This document shows, in pieces, positions 1 to 13,300 of a DNA stretch of 64,000 nucleotides. Every line of letters starts with the position of its first letter. Position 1 is the first letter of the stretch. A program made the position numbers and the translations under genes. The DNA is taken from NCBI GenBank assembly GCA_964016885.1, contig OZ024744.1:85746001-85810000 (forward strand). The letters run 5' to 3'. The notes beneath the pieces are model-generated. The model made no database searches and was not told the origin of the DNA. It saw nothing but the letters and a program-made list of their open reading frames with translations. The DNA comes from Eledone cirrhosa. Taxonomy: Eukaryota.

Positions 1-1665
1 TTAGATCAGTCGAAAGCCTTCGATAGGGTCGACCATCGTTACCTAACGGCAGTCCTGAGGGCGGCTGGCTTTGGGCCCGTCTTCAGAGGCTGGATCGCTG
101 CCATGCACAGCGACATCTGCTCTGTAGTGAGAGTGAACGGTCACCTGTCGGAACCGTTCAACATCATGCGCTCGGTCCGCCAAGGATGTCCCCTCTCGTC
201 CCTATTGTACGTATTGACTCTCGAGCCATTACTGCACAAACTGGAGACGTTGAGGGGGGTCCCGCGCGAACTAGGATGCGGAAGATCCGTGTCAGCATAT
301 GCCGACGATGTCACCGTAGTGGTGTCGAACGCCAAACACATCGAGGCGATCGGCACTACACTAAGAGAATACGAAGCTGTGACAGGAGCAATGATCAACC
401 AGGAAAAGTCAGTGGGCCTGCAGCTCGGCACCTGGAGAGGCAGGTCCATGCCGTCCAACAGCGTCGTCGGGCGCTGGACGGACGGACCGGTTAAATTGCT
501 AGGGGTCTGGTTCGGTCCAGACCTCCAGACGGACAAAAACTGGGACGAGGTGACGAGCAGGGTGGCTTCTCTCACCCAGAAATGGGCCGAGAGGAAGCTA
601 TCCCTGAAAGGTCGAGCGGAGGTGGCGAATGCGTACATCGCATCCGTCATCTACTACCGCCTGACCGTCGTAACTTGTCCTAAGCCCCGCCTGACTGCGC
701 TGGAGCGTTTGCTCTTTCGCTTCTTGTGGAAGGGACGCGCTCCGATGGTCAGGCGGTCCATCTGCTGTCAACACCCGCTACGTGGAGGGCTGGGCATGCC
801 GTGGCTGATGATGCGCAGACACGCGCTCAGGCTACGACATCTCCACCTCTTCCTCGACGGTGATCAGGTGTGGTCGCCGTTTGCAAGACACGTTTTTCCC
901 CAGCTCGTCTCCTTGACGGAGCTGCAGTCCTGGGTCAAGCGAAGACCGAGAGGGAGCGCTTGGAGACTGGAATGTCTTCAGGCGCTCACAGTCCTCGACC
1001 AATCGGGCAATGTGATCGGTGGAAACTCCACCTTGGCGTTCTATAGGGGATTAGTGGAGGGGAAGAGCGACGACGTACTTGGAGAAACTCTAGGCGTCGA
1101 CGAAAATCAACTAGCCAATCTCTTCGGAAGGACTTTCGGGCCGGGGCCTATGGACAACTTCCAGAAATCCCTGGCCTGGCAGTGCTACCGAGGAGCTTTG
1201 CCAGTTCGGGATAAACTCTACAGGCATGGAGGTGCCGTCAGCCGGGCATGTCCGAGATGCGCGCAGGGCGACGAAACCGTCCTACACGCACTCGTCCAGT
1301 GTCCGAGCATTGCTGACTTGTGGGTTTATGTCGAACACCTGCTGTCACGTGTAGGACGGATCCAGCTATCAGCTGAGTCCATCGTGAGGATTGCCCCGCC
1401 CCCTTCCTTTAGCCTGGAAGGGCAGGCAGTTTTTATCTGTCTGGTGGCCATGGCGAAAGAGATAGTATGGTGGACACGTTTGAAAGGGCTGAAGACGAGC
1501 ACTTACCTCTTCGGTGATGCCCTGATTAACTTTTTCAAATTTCATTTGAAAAGGAAAATCAGGGTAGAGAGGGAAGTGCTCTCTTCCCAGCATTTTGTTG
1601 AAAGATGGGTGAGAGAAGCAAGTATGGCCCGAATGAATGGGCCTTCTCTGAGTATGTGTCTGTAA
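1..1665 (+). CDS. Tx1 ORF2 C-terminal part (reverse transcriptase + zf-RVT)
   Basis: LDQSKAFDRVDH, RQGCPLS, YADD, CPRC..ETVLHALVQC motifs; frame open from base 1. Confidence 0.92.
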   Translation, partial: LDQSKAFDRVDHRYLTAVLRAAGFGPVFRGWIAAMHSDICSVVRVNGHLSEPFNIMRSVRQGCPLSSLLYVLTLEPLLHKLETLRGVPRELGCGRSVSAYADDVTVVVSNAKHIEAIGTTLREYEAVTGAMINQEKSVGLQLGTWRGRSMPSNSVVGRWTDGPVKLLGVWFGPDLQTDKNWDEVTSRVASLTQKWAERKLSLKGRAEVANAYIASVIYYRLTVVTCPKPRLTALERLLFRFLWKGRAPMVRRSICCQHPLRGGLGMPWLMMRRHALRLRHLHLFLDGDQVWSPFARHVFPQLVSLTELQSWVKRRPRGSAWRLECLQALTVLDQSGNVIGGNSTLAFYRGLVEGKSDDVLGETLGVDENQLANLFGRTFGPGPMDNFQKSLAWQCYRGALPVRDKLYRHGGAVSRACPRCAQGDETVLHALVQCPSIADLWVYVEHLLSRVGRIQLSAESIVRIAPPPSFSLEGQAVFICLVAMAKEIVWWTRLKGLKTSTYLFGDALINFFKFHLKRKIRVEREVLSSQHFVERWVREASMARMNGPSLSMCL

Positions 1666-1908
1666 ATTAAAGGTGGAAAACTGGGAGAGGGCACTTGCCC
1701 TGGTGGTCAGGGCCACTGTGGTCTTTTAATGGGCTTTCTCCTCAAATGTCCCTTGGAAGTCTCCCCCCTATTGGGGAATTTTTCTTTGTTATTTTATTTC
1801 AACCTCTGTTTTTTTTACACGCAGAAATGCCCATTTGTACCGTCCTGTATTGTCCTGTACTGTCCTTAATGTCTACTTTATGTGAACCCTTGTGGTTAAT
1901 AAAGAAAA

Positions 1909-1939
<31 letters not shown>
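1..1939 (+). mobile_element. Tx1-clade (L1 group) non-LTR retrotransposon, copy 1 (3' part; runs off window start)
   Basis: Near-identical to 6042-7995; 3' UTR with AATAAA then (TTA)n tail at 1910-1939. Confidence 0.92.
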
Positions 1940-2155
1940 GAATGCCATGGTTGACGGAGGCTCGGCTCTGTAAGGTATCGTAATTTTTAACCGTTAAAAC
2001 AATTGTAAATTGTTTAAAACTTGAACCAAATTGTTGATAAAGACACCCTCCTCCTCGTGAGAGGGGTCTTTCTGTCCGTTATTTGGCCCTTCGGGGTTAA
2101 ATAACCAGTTATTGGGGTTTTGTACCCAAAATTTCATTTTAAACAAAAAAACAAC

Positions 2156-4253
2156 ATGGCTACGAAAAAGAAATTTCATACGTCACTCCCACTCATTCCG
2201 TCTTCTTCTTCCTCAATCATCACTACAGCAGAGAGAAGATTGTCTCTCTCCCTCCCTTCTTTAAATGTGTCTCTCTCCCTCCCTTCTCTTTCGCAAGTGA
2301 CGAAAGAAAAGAAAAGTCTCGTGCAAAGCGTGCAAGGTTTCTCCACGACGACGACGACAGCGACGAAACAGGTGTGCGGGAAATACGAAAACCCAGTTCA
2401 TTCGTCTGACGTCAGGAATAATAGCAGTAGCAGCCGTAATAACAACAGCAACAGTGACAATGAAAACAACAGTAGCAGCCGCAACAGCATCACCAGCAGC
2501 ATAAACAACAACAGCATTAGCAGCAGCAACACCAACAACAACCACAGCAACAGCGGCGGAGGCAGTAGTCGTAGTACCTGCAGCAACAACAAAAGTACCA
2601 GCAGCTCTGACGACAACAACAACAGCAGAGAAAAACCAATCTCATTTGCAGGTATTGCGAAAAACTTGGAAACAATCCTCATAACAAATGAGGAATTAGA
2701 GGAAGCGAAGAAGATGGTGACAAAGAACGGACACCGAGCAATCTGCAAGGCAGCGAAAAATTTTTTCGAAACCCGAGAGCACTGTACGGTCACGTACCGT
2801 ACAGTAAGTACAAAATCCCGTAGGGTGGAAAGAGCCACAGAGGCCCAAATACAAAAAGCCTTGGGGTCTGTGTGGCAGCGGAAAACGCACATCACCCGAG
2901 GCAAAAAATATGCCACCGTAGACGTACTTTTTGCCACACCCCAGGAGGCAAAGGCCCAATCAGTAGTGACCCTAAGGAGCGAGGAAATGGTGTTGGTGCC
3001 CTCCTACTGTGGGCAAAAAATTGTGAGGGTCAAACTGACCCACGTCCCCCCCAGAATGACCCCTTCTTGGCTGGCCGCGTCTGTCCTCGTCGGAATCGAG
3101 GACAAAACAACTGTACTGCAAGTACAGAAAAAAGTAAGAGAAGATTGGGTCGGCTCCTCCATTGAGATGCTAATCCAAACCAACCAGGAGTGCATCGAAG
3201 CTATCCCGGATGTGATAGACTTCGATAACGGCACTCAACTGCCCATAAGTGTTGAGGGCAAACGCCCGAAATGCTTTCGCTGTGGATCGAAGACTCACCT
3301 CAGGGCCTTCTGCAATGAGAAGACCCTGAGAAAGGAGAAAACCCCCCTCCTTCCGAATCCGGCTCCACGGCTACCAGCAACAGGACAAGCGGCAACCAGG
3401 AACGATAGGCCCGTGGCACCCATACCCACTCCACGGAAATCAAAAACAGCAGCAGCAGTGGAAATACTAACAACAATAACAGCAATACCAAATGCAACTG
3501 CAACAGAGACTCCAGTGCAAACATCACCAACAACAACAAGTGAAAGAGTGGAGTTGGTACCCCTCCCCGACCTCACAGAATCAGACATGGAGTGTGAGGT
3601 GGGAGAGAGATGGCAAAAGGTCGTAAGAAGGCACAAACGCAGAAGCAGCGCATCGTCGCCTTTGAAAAGGGAGGAAAGAAATGAGAAAAGGGGTAAAGTC
3701 TACTGCAAAGAGACCCACAGCAGCAACAACACCAACACCATCACCACCCACACTAGCGCCACCATCACCACCGGCGACAACCCCACCGCCAACAACACCT
3801 TCAACACCACCACCACAAGCACCAACATCGCAAACACAACAACAAAACACACACACCCAGCAACAACGACAAGAAAATAGCAGAACCACACCCCACCCCC
3901 AGAAAAACAAATGCACGGCAATAAACACACACAACAAGAAACTAATGACTTACATAATTGAACACACAGACATTTCACAACAGGACTACATAATACCAGC
4001 ACCAATCAAAACGCCAACTAACATAAGACTGCTAAAAATAGCACAGAAACAATACACAAATATTAAAACGAAATTCCCCAACGCAGTTGGTGATTTCAGG
4101 GACCTAGGAGGAACCATCAATCGAAGAGTATACTCAGACATTCTCTTAGAAGAGCCGACGACCAGCCGAAGGGACGATTCAACGGTCCCTTCACCAGACG
4201 ATCAAGTGAAAAGGGATGTAAAAACCATCCCTCCTCTACCAAAAGTACGGTAA
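2156..4253 (+). pseudogene. Tx1 ORF1 (gag-like, CCHC knuckle), +1 frameshift near 3690
   Basis: CFRCGSKTHLRAFC knuckle; ORFs 2120-3880 and 3681-4253 together equal the intact ORF1 of copy 3. Confidence 0.85.
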
Positions 4254-4288
4254 GTGGTCTTTCCCATCTTTTCCACTCTATTTTAAAC

Positions 4289-7200
4289 ATGACCTCACTC
4301 AGAATAGGCAGCATAAATGCGCGTGGCTTGGGGTCGTCATGGAAGCAGGGTCACCTGCTCAACGACCTCAGGTCACTAAACATAGATGTAGTGGCCATCA
4401 GCGAGACCAGAATCTCCGAAGCACGGGCCTTCGCACCGATCTTCGGCGGCTACGATGTGTACGCATCTCACAGCCGTCCTGGATCCGGTGGAGGAGTTGC
4501 TGTACTTTTTCGGAGAGGTTTGGATCTCGCCATACGGGCCATCTTCCTGGACCCAGAGGGTAAGCTGGTGGTGCTGGACGTGACCAGCGGAGACGGGCAA
4601 GCTTTCAGGCTAGTGGCCGTCTATGCCCCGACAGGAGCAGGGCGGCCTGATTTCTTCCGGCGTCTGGACCTTTCTTGGAACGTCGCGCTCTTTAGTGTTA
4701 GTGGGCGACTGGAACGGGATCTTAGATGCACGCTGGGACTGTGTGGGATTAGCGGATAGGGGTGGAGGGTGCAAGAGCCTCACCAACCTGCTCAGGCGTT
4801 TTGAACTGTCTGACAGATACCGATTGGATTTCCCGAATGTGCCAATGTGGACTTGGACAAACCGCATAGGGTCATCCAGATCATATCTAGATAGAGTATT
4901 TTGTAGGGAAATAGATAGGTCTAGCATAGGCTGTCCACAATTCAAGATAGTCAGCTACACGGACCACAAATTCGTGATCTGTGTGCTTGACTTAGATAGG
5001 CTTCATAGACGAGGACCCGGCTACTGGAAGCTAAACGCGTCCTTACCAGCGCGCAAGGCCTACAGAGACCGGATTAGCGAACTAGTTAAGCGGGCGTTGA
5101 CGGGGGCCATCGTCAACAACAAGTGGTGGTTTGCTCTGAAAAGAGCGATTAGAATAGAATCGATTAGATTTAGTAAGGCTTTAGCAATAGAGAAAAATAG
5201 AGCAGAGGGAGAACTAGTTAGAAAATTAGACGAGGCGCTTAGCAAAGGCATTGCGACCGACGTGCTTGCGGCGAAATTGGCCCTTGACCAATTCTTCAAT
5301 GCAAAGCACGAAGGCTGCGTTGTCAGAGCAAGGGTGCGTGCTCTCAGACACGAGGGGACGAAAGCCGTTCAATGGGCCCGAGTGGCGGAGGCTCGTCGTG
5401 GCAACAAAGCCACGATCCGGTCTTTGGTGGACCACGACGGGCGCATGCTACTCGATCCCGGGCAAATGTGTGAAGCTTTTCAGCGACACTTCGCTCAGCT
5501 GTTCGGGGGCAGCGGTGGGCCGGGTAGAGGGATGGACTTTAGTGTCTACCTCGACGGACTGCCGCGGCTCTCGGCCACTGAGGCGAGGTGTTGCGAAAAG
5601 CCGATAACAGCCGCTGAAGTAAGGGAGGCAATGACTGGCTGCACAAGGGGTAAATCGCCTGGTTTGGATGGTCTGCCCTATGAACTTTACGTACAGATGC
5701 CAGACTTGTTCGGAGGCCTCTTGGCGGACGTCTACTGCAACTGGCAACAGAACGGGAGAATTCCCAGTTCTGTGAGCCGAGGAGCGGTGGCACTGCTGAG
5801 AAAGGATCCGAACAAGGGGGATAACATAGAAAATTTCCGGCCCATAACTCTGCTAAACACAGAGTTTAAGATTTTGGCCAAGGTGCTAGCAAAGAGGTTG
5901 GCGCTTGTCGTTGGTGGTCTGGTGGGAGAGGCGCAGACATGCGCTATTCCCGACAGATCCATCCACGACAACCTCCACCTCATGCGATACATCGTAGAGA
6001 GGGTAGCTAGGGAACCTGGCACGGGTGGGTCCTTGATCAATTTAGATCAGTCGAAAGCTTTCGATAGGGTCGACCATCGTTACCTAGCGGCAGTCCTGAG
6101 GGCGGCTGGCTTTGGGCCCGTCTTCAGAGGCTGGATCGCTGCCATGCACAGCGACATCTGCTCTGTGGTGAGAGTGAACGGTCACCTGTCGGAACCGTTC
6201 AACATCATGCGCTCGGTCCGCCAAGGATGTCCCCTCTCGTCCCTCTTGTACGTATTGACTCTCGAGCCATTACTGCACAAACTGGAGACGTTGAGGGGGG
6301 TCCCGCGCGAACTAGGATGCGGAAGATCCGTATCAGCATATGCGGACGATGTCACCGTAGTGGTGTCGAACGCCAAACACATCGAGGCGATCGGCACTAC
6401 ACTAAGAGAATACGAAGCGGTGACAGGAGCAATGATCAACCAGGAAAAGTCAGTGGGCCTGCAGCTCGGCACCTGGAGAGGCAGGTCCATGCCGTCCAAC
6501 AGCGTCGTCGGACGCTGGACGGACGGACCGGTTAAATTGCTAGGGGTCTGGTTCGGTCCGGACCTCCAGACGGACAAAAACTGGGACGAGGTGACGAGCA
6601 GGGTGGCTTCTCTCACCCAGAAATGGGCCGAGAGGAAGCTATCCCTGAAAGGTCGAGCGGAGGTGGCTAACGCGTACATCGCGTCCGTCATCTGCTACCG
6701 CCTGACCGTCGTACCTTGTCCTAAGCCTCGCCTGACTGCGCTGGAGCGTTTGCTCTTTCGCTTTTTGTGGAAGGGACGCGCTCCGATGGTCAGGCGGTCC
6801 ATCTGTTGTCAACACCCGCTACGTGGAGGGCTGGGCATGCCGTGGCTGATGATGCGCAGGCACGCGCTCAGGCTACGACATCTCCACCTCTTCCTCGACG
6901 GTGATCAGGTGTGGTCGCCGTTTGCTAGACGCGTGTTTCCCCAGCTCGTTTCCTTGACGGAGTTGCAGTCCTGGGTCAAGCGAAGACCGAGAGGGAGCAC
7001 CTGGAGACTGGAATGTCTTCAGGCGCTCACAGCCCTCGACCAATCGGGCAATGTGATCGGTGGAAACTCCACCTCGGCGTTCTATAGAGGATTAGTGGAG
7101 GGGAAGAGCGACGACGTACTTGGGGAAACTCTAGGCGTCGACGAAAATCAACTAGCCAATCTCTTCGGAAGAACTTTCGGGCCAGGGCCTATGGACAACT

Positions 7201-7706
7201 TCCAGAAATCTCTGGCCTGGCAGTGCTACCGAGGAGCCTTGCCAGTTCGGGATAAACTCTACAGGCATGGAGGTGCCGTCAGCCGGGCATGTCCGAGATG
7301 CGCGCAGGGCGACGAAACCGTCCTGCACGCACTCGTCCAGTGTCCGAAAATTGCTGACTTGTGGGTTTATGTCGAACACCTGCTGTCGCGTTTAGGACGG
7401 ATCCGGCTATCATCTGAGTCCATCGTGAGGATTGCCCCGCCCTCCTCCTTTAGCCGGGAAGGGCAGGCAGTTTTTATCTGCCTGGTGGCCATGGCGAAAG
7501 AGATAGTATGGTGGACACGTTTGAAAGGGCTGAAGACGAGCACTTACCTCTTCGGTGATGCTCTTATTGACTTTTTCAAATTTCATTTGAAAAGGAAAAT
7601 CAGAGTAGAGAAGGAAGTGCTCTCTTCCCAGCATTTTGTTGAAAGATGGGTGAGAGAAGCAAGAATGGCCCGAGTGAATGGGCCGACTCTGAGTATATAT
7701 CTGTAA
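4289..7706 (+). pseudogene. Tx1 ORF2 (APE endonuclease + RT), 2-nt deletion frameshift near 4668
   Basis: SINARGL, ISET, VYAP, GDWN, YLDR, TDH endonuclease motifs; PGLDG, FRPITLLN, YADD; ctggacc here vs ctggagacc in copy 3. Confidence 0.9.
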
Positions 7707-8208
7707 ACTAAAGGTGGAAAACTGGGAGAGGGCACTTGCCTTGGTGGTCAGGGTCATTGTGGCTTTTTACTGGGCTTTCTCCACAAATGTCCCTCCGAAG
7801 TCTCCCCCCTATTGGGGAATTTTTCATTGTTATTTTCATTGTTATTTTTGTTACATCCTCTGTTTTTGTTTTTTTACACGCAGAAATGCCCATTTGTACC
7901 GTCCTGCATTGTCCTGCACTGTCCTTAATGTCTACTTTATGTAAACCCTTGTGGTTAATAAAGAAAACATTATTATTATTATTATTATTATTATTGAATG
8001 CCATGGTTGACGGAGGCTCGGCTCTGTAAGGTATAGTAATTTTTAACCGTTAAAACAATTGTAAATTGTTTAAAACTTGAACCAAATTGTTGATAAAGAC
8101 ACCCTCCTCCTCGTGAGAGGGGTCTTTCTGTCCGTTATTTGGCCCTTCGGGGTTAAATAACCAGTTATTGGGGTTTTGTACCCAAAATTTCATTTTAAAC
8201 AAAAAAAC

Positions 8209-10302
8209 ATGGCTACCAAAAAGAAATTTCATACGTCACTCCCACTCATTCCGTCTTCTTCTTCCTCAATCATCACTACAGCAGAGAGAAGATTGTCTCT
8301 CTCCCTCCCTTCTTTAAATGTGTCTCTCTCCCTCCCTTCTCTTTCGCAAGCGACGAAAGAAAAGAAAAGTCTCGTGCAAAGCGTGCAAGGTTTCTCCACG
8401 ACGACGACGACAGCGACGAAACAGGTGTGCGGGAAATACGAAAACCCAGTTAATTCGTCTGACGTCAGGAATAATAGCAGTAGCAGCCGTAATAACAACA
8501 GCAACAGTGACAATGAAAACAACAGTAGCAGCCGCAACAGCATCACCAGCAGCATAAACAACAACAGCATTAGCAGCAGCAACACCAACAACAACCACAG
8601 CAACAGCGGCGGAGGCAGTAGTCGTAGTACCTGCAGCAACAAAAGTACCAGCAGCTCTGACGACAACAACAACAGCAGAGAAAAACCAATCTCATTTGCA
8701 GGTATTGCGAAAAACTTGGAAACAATCCTCATAACAAATGAGGAATTAGAGGAAGCGAAGAAGATGGTGACAAAGAACGGACACCGAGCAATCTGCAAGG
8801 CAGCGGAAAAATTTTTCAAAACCCAAGAGCACTGTACGGTCACGTACCGTACAGTAAGTACAAAATCCCGTAGGGTGGAAAGAGCCACAGAGGCCCAAAT
8901 ACAAAAAGCCTTGGGGTCTGTGTGGCAGAGGAAAACGCACATCACCCGAGGCAAAAAATACGCCACCGTAGACGTACTTTTTGCCACACCCCAGGAGGCA
9001 AAGGCCCAATCAGTAGTGACCCTAAGGAGCGAGGAAATGGTGTTGGTGCCCTCCTACTGCGGGCAAAAAATTGTGAGGGTCAAACTGTCCCACGTCCCCC
9101 CCGGAATGACCCCTTCTTGGCTGGCCGCGTCTGTCCTCGTCGGAATCGAGGACAAAACAACTGTACTGCAAGTACAGAAAAAAGTAAGAGAAGATTGGGT
9201 CGGCTCCTGCATTGAGATGCTAATCCAAACCAACCAGGAGTGCATCGAAGCTATCCCGGATGTGATAGACTTCGATAACGGCACTCAACTGCCCATAAGT
9301 GTTGAGGGCAAACGCCCGAAATGCTTTCGCTGTGGATCGAAGACTCACCTCAGGGCCTTCTGCAACGAGAAGACCCTGAGAAAGGAGAAAACCCCCCTCC
9401 TTCCGAATCCGGCTCCACGGCTACCAGCAACAGGACAAGCGGCAACCAGGAACGATAGGTCCGTGGCACCCATACCCACTCCACGGAAATCAAAGACAGC
9501 AGCAGCAGTGGAAATATTAACAACAACAACAGCAATACCAAATGCAGCTGCAACAGAGACTCCAGTGCAAACATCACCAACAACAACAAGTGAAAGAGTG
9601 GAGCTGGTACCCCTCCCCGACCTTACAGAATCAGACATGGAGTGTGAGGTGGGAGAGGGATGGCAAAAGGTCGCAAGAAGGCACAAACGCAGAAGCAGCG
9701 CATCGTCGCCTTTGAAAAGGGAGGAAAGAAATGAGGAAAGGGTAAAGTCTACTGCAAAGAGACCCACAGCAGCAACACCACCAACACCATCACCACCCAC
9801 ACCAGCACCACCATCACCACCGGCGACAACCCCACCGCCAACAACACCTTCAACACCACCACCACAAGCACCAACATCGCAAACACAACAACAAAACACA
9901 CACACCCAGCAACAACGACAAGAAAATAGCAGAACCACACCCCACCCCCAGAAAAACAAATGCACGGCAATAAACACACACAACAAGAAACTAATGACTT
10001 ACATAATTGAACACACAGACATTTCACAACAGGACTACATAATACCAGCACCAATCAAAACGCCAACTAACATAAGACTGCTAAAAATAGCACAGAAACA
10101 ATACACAAACATTAAAACGAAATTCCCCAACGCAGTTGGTGATTTCAGGGACCTAGGAGGAACCATCAATCGAAGAGTATATTCAGACATTCTCTTAGAA
10201 GAGCCGACGACCAGCCGAAGGGACGATTCAACGGTCCCTTCACCAGACGATCAAGTGAAAAGGGATGTAAAAACCATCCCTCCTCTACCAAAAGTACGGT
10301 AA
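8209..10302 (+). CDS. Tx1 ORF1, intact (~697 aa, CCHC zinc knuckle, Ser/Asn- and Pro/Thr-rich linkers)
   Basis: First ATG at 8209 in ORF 8176-10302; CX2CX4HX4C motif; lies upstream of APE-RT ORF. Confidence 0.88.
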   Translation: MATKKKFHTSLPLIPSSSSSIITTAERRLSLSLPSLNVSLSLPSLSQATKEKKSLVQSVQGFSTTTTTATKQVCGKYENPVNSSDVRNNSSSSRNNNSNSDNENNSSSRNSITSSINNNSISSSNTNNNHSNSGGGSSRSTCSNKSTSSSDDNNNSREKPISFAGIAKNLETILITNEELEEAKKMVTKNGHRAICKAAEKFFKTQEHCTVTYRTVSTKSRRVERATEAQIQKALGSVWQRKTHITRGKKYATVDVLFATPQEAKAQSVVTLRSEEMVLVPSYCGQKIVRVKLSHVPPGMTPSWLAASVLVGIEDKTTVLQVQKKVREDWVGSCIEMLIQTNQECIEAIPDVIDFDNGTQLPISVEGKRPKCFRCGSKTHLRAFCNEKTLRKEKTPLLPNPAPRLPATGQAATRNDRSVAPIPTPRKSKTAAAVEILTTTTAIPNAAATETPVQTSPTTTSERVELVPLPDLTESDMECEVGEGWQKVARRHKRRSSASSPLKREERNEERVKSTAKRPTAATPPTPSPPTPAPPSPPATTPPPTTPSTPPPQAPTSQTQQQNTHTQQQRQENSRTTPHPQKNKCTAINTHNKKLMTYIIEHTDISQQDYIIPAPIKTPTNIRLLKIAQKQYTNIKTKFPNAVGDFRDLGGTINRRVYSDILLEEPTTSRRDDSTVPSPDDQVKRDVKTIPPLPKVR

Positions 10303-10336
10303 GTGGTCTTTCCCATCTTTTCCACTCTATTTAAAC

Positions 10337-13300
10337 ATGACCTCACTCAGAATAGGCAGCATAAATGCGCGTGGCTTGGGGTCGTCATGGAAGCAGGGTC
10401 ACCTGCTCAACGAACTCAGGTCACTAAACATAGATGTAGTGGCCATCAGCGAGACCAGAATCTCCGAAGCACGGGCCTTCGCACCGATCTTCGGCGGCTA
10501 CGATGTGTACGCATCTCCCAGCCGTCCTGGATCGGGTGGAGGAGTTGCTGTGCTTTTTCGGAGAGGTTTGGATCTCGCCATACGGGCCATCTTCCTGGAC
10601 CCAGAGGGTAAGCTGGTGGTGCTGGACGTGACCAGCGGAGACGGGCAAGCTTTCAGGCTAGTGGCCGTCTATGCCCCGACAGGAGCAGGGCGGCCTGATT
10701 TCTTTCGGCGTCTGGAGACCTTTCTTGGAACGTCCCGCTCTTTAGTGTTAGTGGCGACTGGAACGGGATCTTAGATGCACGCTGGGACTGTGTGGGATTA
10801 GCGGATAGAGGTGGAGGGTGCAAGAGCCTCACCAACCTGCTCAGGCGTTTTGAACTGTCTGACAGGTACCGATTGGATTTCCCGAATGTGCCAATGTGGA
10901 CTTGGACAAACCGCATAGGGTCATCCAGATCATATCTAGATAGAGTATTTTGTAGGGAAATAGATAGGTCTAGCATAGGCTGTCCACAATTCAAGATAGT
11001 CAGCTACACGGACCACACATTCGTGACCTGTGTGCTTGACTTAGATAGGCTTCATAGACGAGGACCCGGCTACTGGAAGCTAAACGCGTCCTTACCAGCG
11101 CGCAAGGCCTACAGAGACCGGATTAGCGAACTAGTTAAGCGGGCGTTGACGGGGGCCATCGTCAACAACAAGTGGTGGTTTGCTCTGAAAAGAGCGATTA
11201 GAATAGAATCGATTAGGTTTAGTAAGGCTTTAGCAATAGAGAAAAATAGAGCAGAGGGAGAACTAGTTAGAAAATTAGACGAGGCGCTTAGCAAAGGCAT
11301 TGCGACCGACGTGCTTGCGGCGAAATTGGCCCTTGACCAATTCTTCAATGCAAAGCACGAAGGCTGCGTTGTCAGAGCTAGGGTGCGTGCTCTCAGACAC
11401 GAGGGGACGAAAGCCGTTCAATGGGCCCGAGTGGCGGAAGCGCGTCGTGGCAACAAAGCCACGATCCGGTCTTTGGTGGACCACGACGGGCGCATGCTAC
11501 TCGATCCCGGGCAAATGTGTGAAGCTTTTCAGCGACACTTCGCTCAGCTGTTCGGGGGCAGCGGGGGGCCGGGTAGAGGGATGGACTTTAGTGTCTACCT
11601 CGACGGACTGCCGCGGCTCTCGGCCACTGAGGCGAGGTGTTGCGAAAAGCCGATAACAGCCGCTGAAGTACGGGAGGCAATGACTGGCTGCACAAGGGGT
11701 AAATCGCCTGGTTTGGATGGTCTGCCCTATGAACTTTACGTACAGATGCCAGACTTGTTCGGAGGCCTCTTGGCGGACGTCTACTGCAACTGGCAACAGA
11801 ACGGGAGAATTCCCAGTTCTGTGAGCCGAGGAGCGGTGGCACTGCTGAGAAAGGATCCGAACAAGGGGGATAACATAGACAATTTCCGGCCCATAACTCT
11901 GCTAAACACAGAGTTTAAGATTTTGGCCAAGGTGCTAGCAAAGAGGTTGGCGCTTGTCGTTGGTGGTCTGGTGGGAGAGGCGCAAACATGCGCCATTCCC
12001 GACAGATCCATCCACGACAACCTCCACCTCATGCGATACATCGTAGAGAGGGAAGCTAGGGAACCTGGCACGGGTGGGTCCTTGATCAATTTAGATCAGT
12101 CGAAAGCTTTCGATAGGGTCGACCATCGTTACCTAGCGGCAGTCCTGAGGGCGGCTGGCTTTGGGCCCGTCTTCAGAGGCTGGATCGCTGCCATGCACAG
12201 CGACATCTGCTCTGTGGTGAGAGTGAACGGTCACCTGTCGGAACCGTTCAACATCATGCGCTCGGTCCGCCAAGGATGTCCCCTCTCGTCCCTCGTGTAC
12301 GTATTGACTCTCGAGCCATTACTGCACAAACTGGAGACGTTGAGGGGAGTCCCGCGCGAACTAGGATGCGGAAGATCCGTGTCAGCATATGCGGACGATG
12401 TCACCGTAGTGGTGTCGAACGCCAAACACATCGAGGCGATCGGCACTACACTAAGAGAATACGAAGCTGTGACAGGAGCAATGATCAACCAGGAAAAGTC
12501 AGTGGGCCTGCAGCTCGGCACCTGGAGAGGCAGGTCCATGCCGTCCAACAGCGTCGTCGGGCGCTGGACGGACGGACCGGTTAAATTGCTAGGGGTCTGG
12601 TTCGGTCCGGACCTCCAGACGGACAAAAACTGGGACGAGGTGACGAGCAGGGTGGCTTCTCTCACCCAGAAATGGGCGGAGAGGAAGCTATCCCTGAAAG
12701 GTCGAGCGGAGGTGGCTAACGCGTACATCGCGTCTGTCATCTGCTACCGCCTAACCGTCGTACCTTGTCCTAAGCCTCGCCTGACTGCGCTGGAGCGTTT
12801 GCTCTTTCGCTTTTTGTGGAAGGGACGTGCTCCGATGGTCAGGCGGTCCATCTGTTGTCAACACCCGCTACGTGGAGGGCTGGGCATGCCGTGGCTGATG
12901 ATGCGCAGGCACGCGCTCAGGCTACGACATCTCCACCTCTTCCTCGACGGTGATCAGGTGTGGTCGCCGTTTGCTAGGCGCGTTTTTCCCCAGCTCGTTT
13001 CCTTGACGGAGCTGCAGTCCTGGGTCAAGCGAAGACCGAGAGGGAGCGCCTGGAGACTGGAATGTCTTCAGGCGCTCACAGCCCTCGACCAATCGGGCAA
13101 TGTGATCGGTGGAAACTCCACCTCGGCGTTCTATAGAGGATTAGTGGAGGGGAAGAGCGACGACGTACTTGGGGAAACTCTAGGCGTCGACGAAAATCAA
13201 CTAGCCAATCTCTTCGGAAGAACTTTCGGGCCAGGGCCTATGGACAACTTCCAGAAATCTCTGGCCTGGCAGTGCTACCGAGGAGCCTTGCCAGTTCGGG

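Larger units (their letters stand above)
1940..7995 (+). mobile_element. Tx1-clade LINE, full-length copy 2 (6056 bp)
   Basis: Starts GAATGCCATGG right after (TTA)n; 5' UTR, ORF1, ORF2, 3' UTR, (TTA)n tail. Confidence 0.93.
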
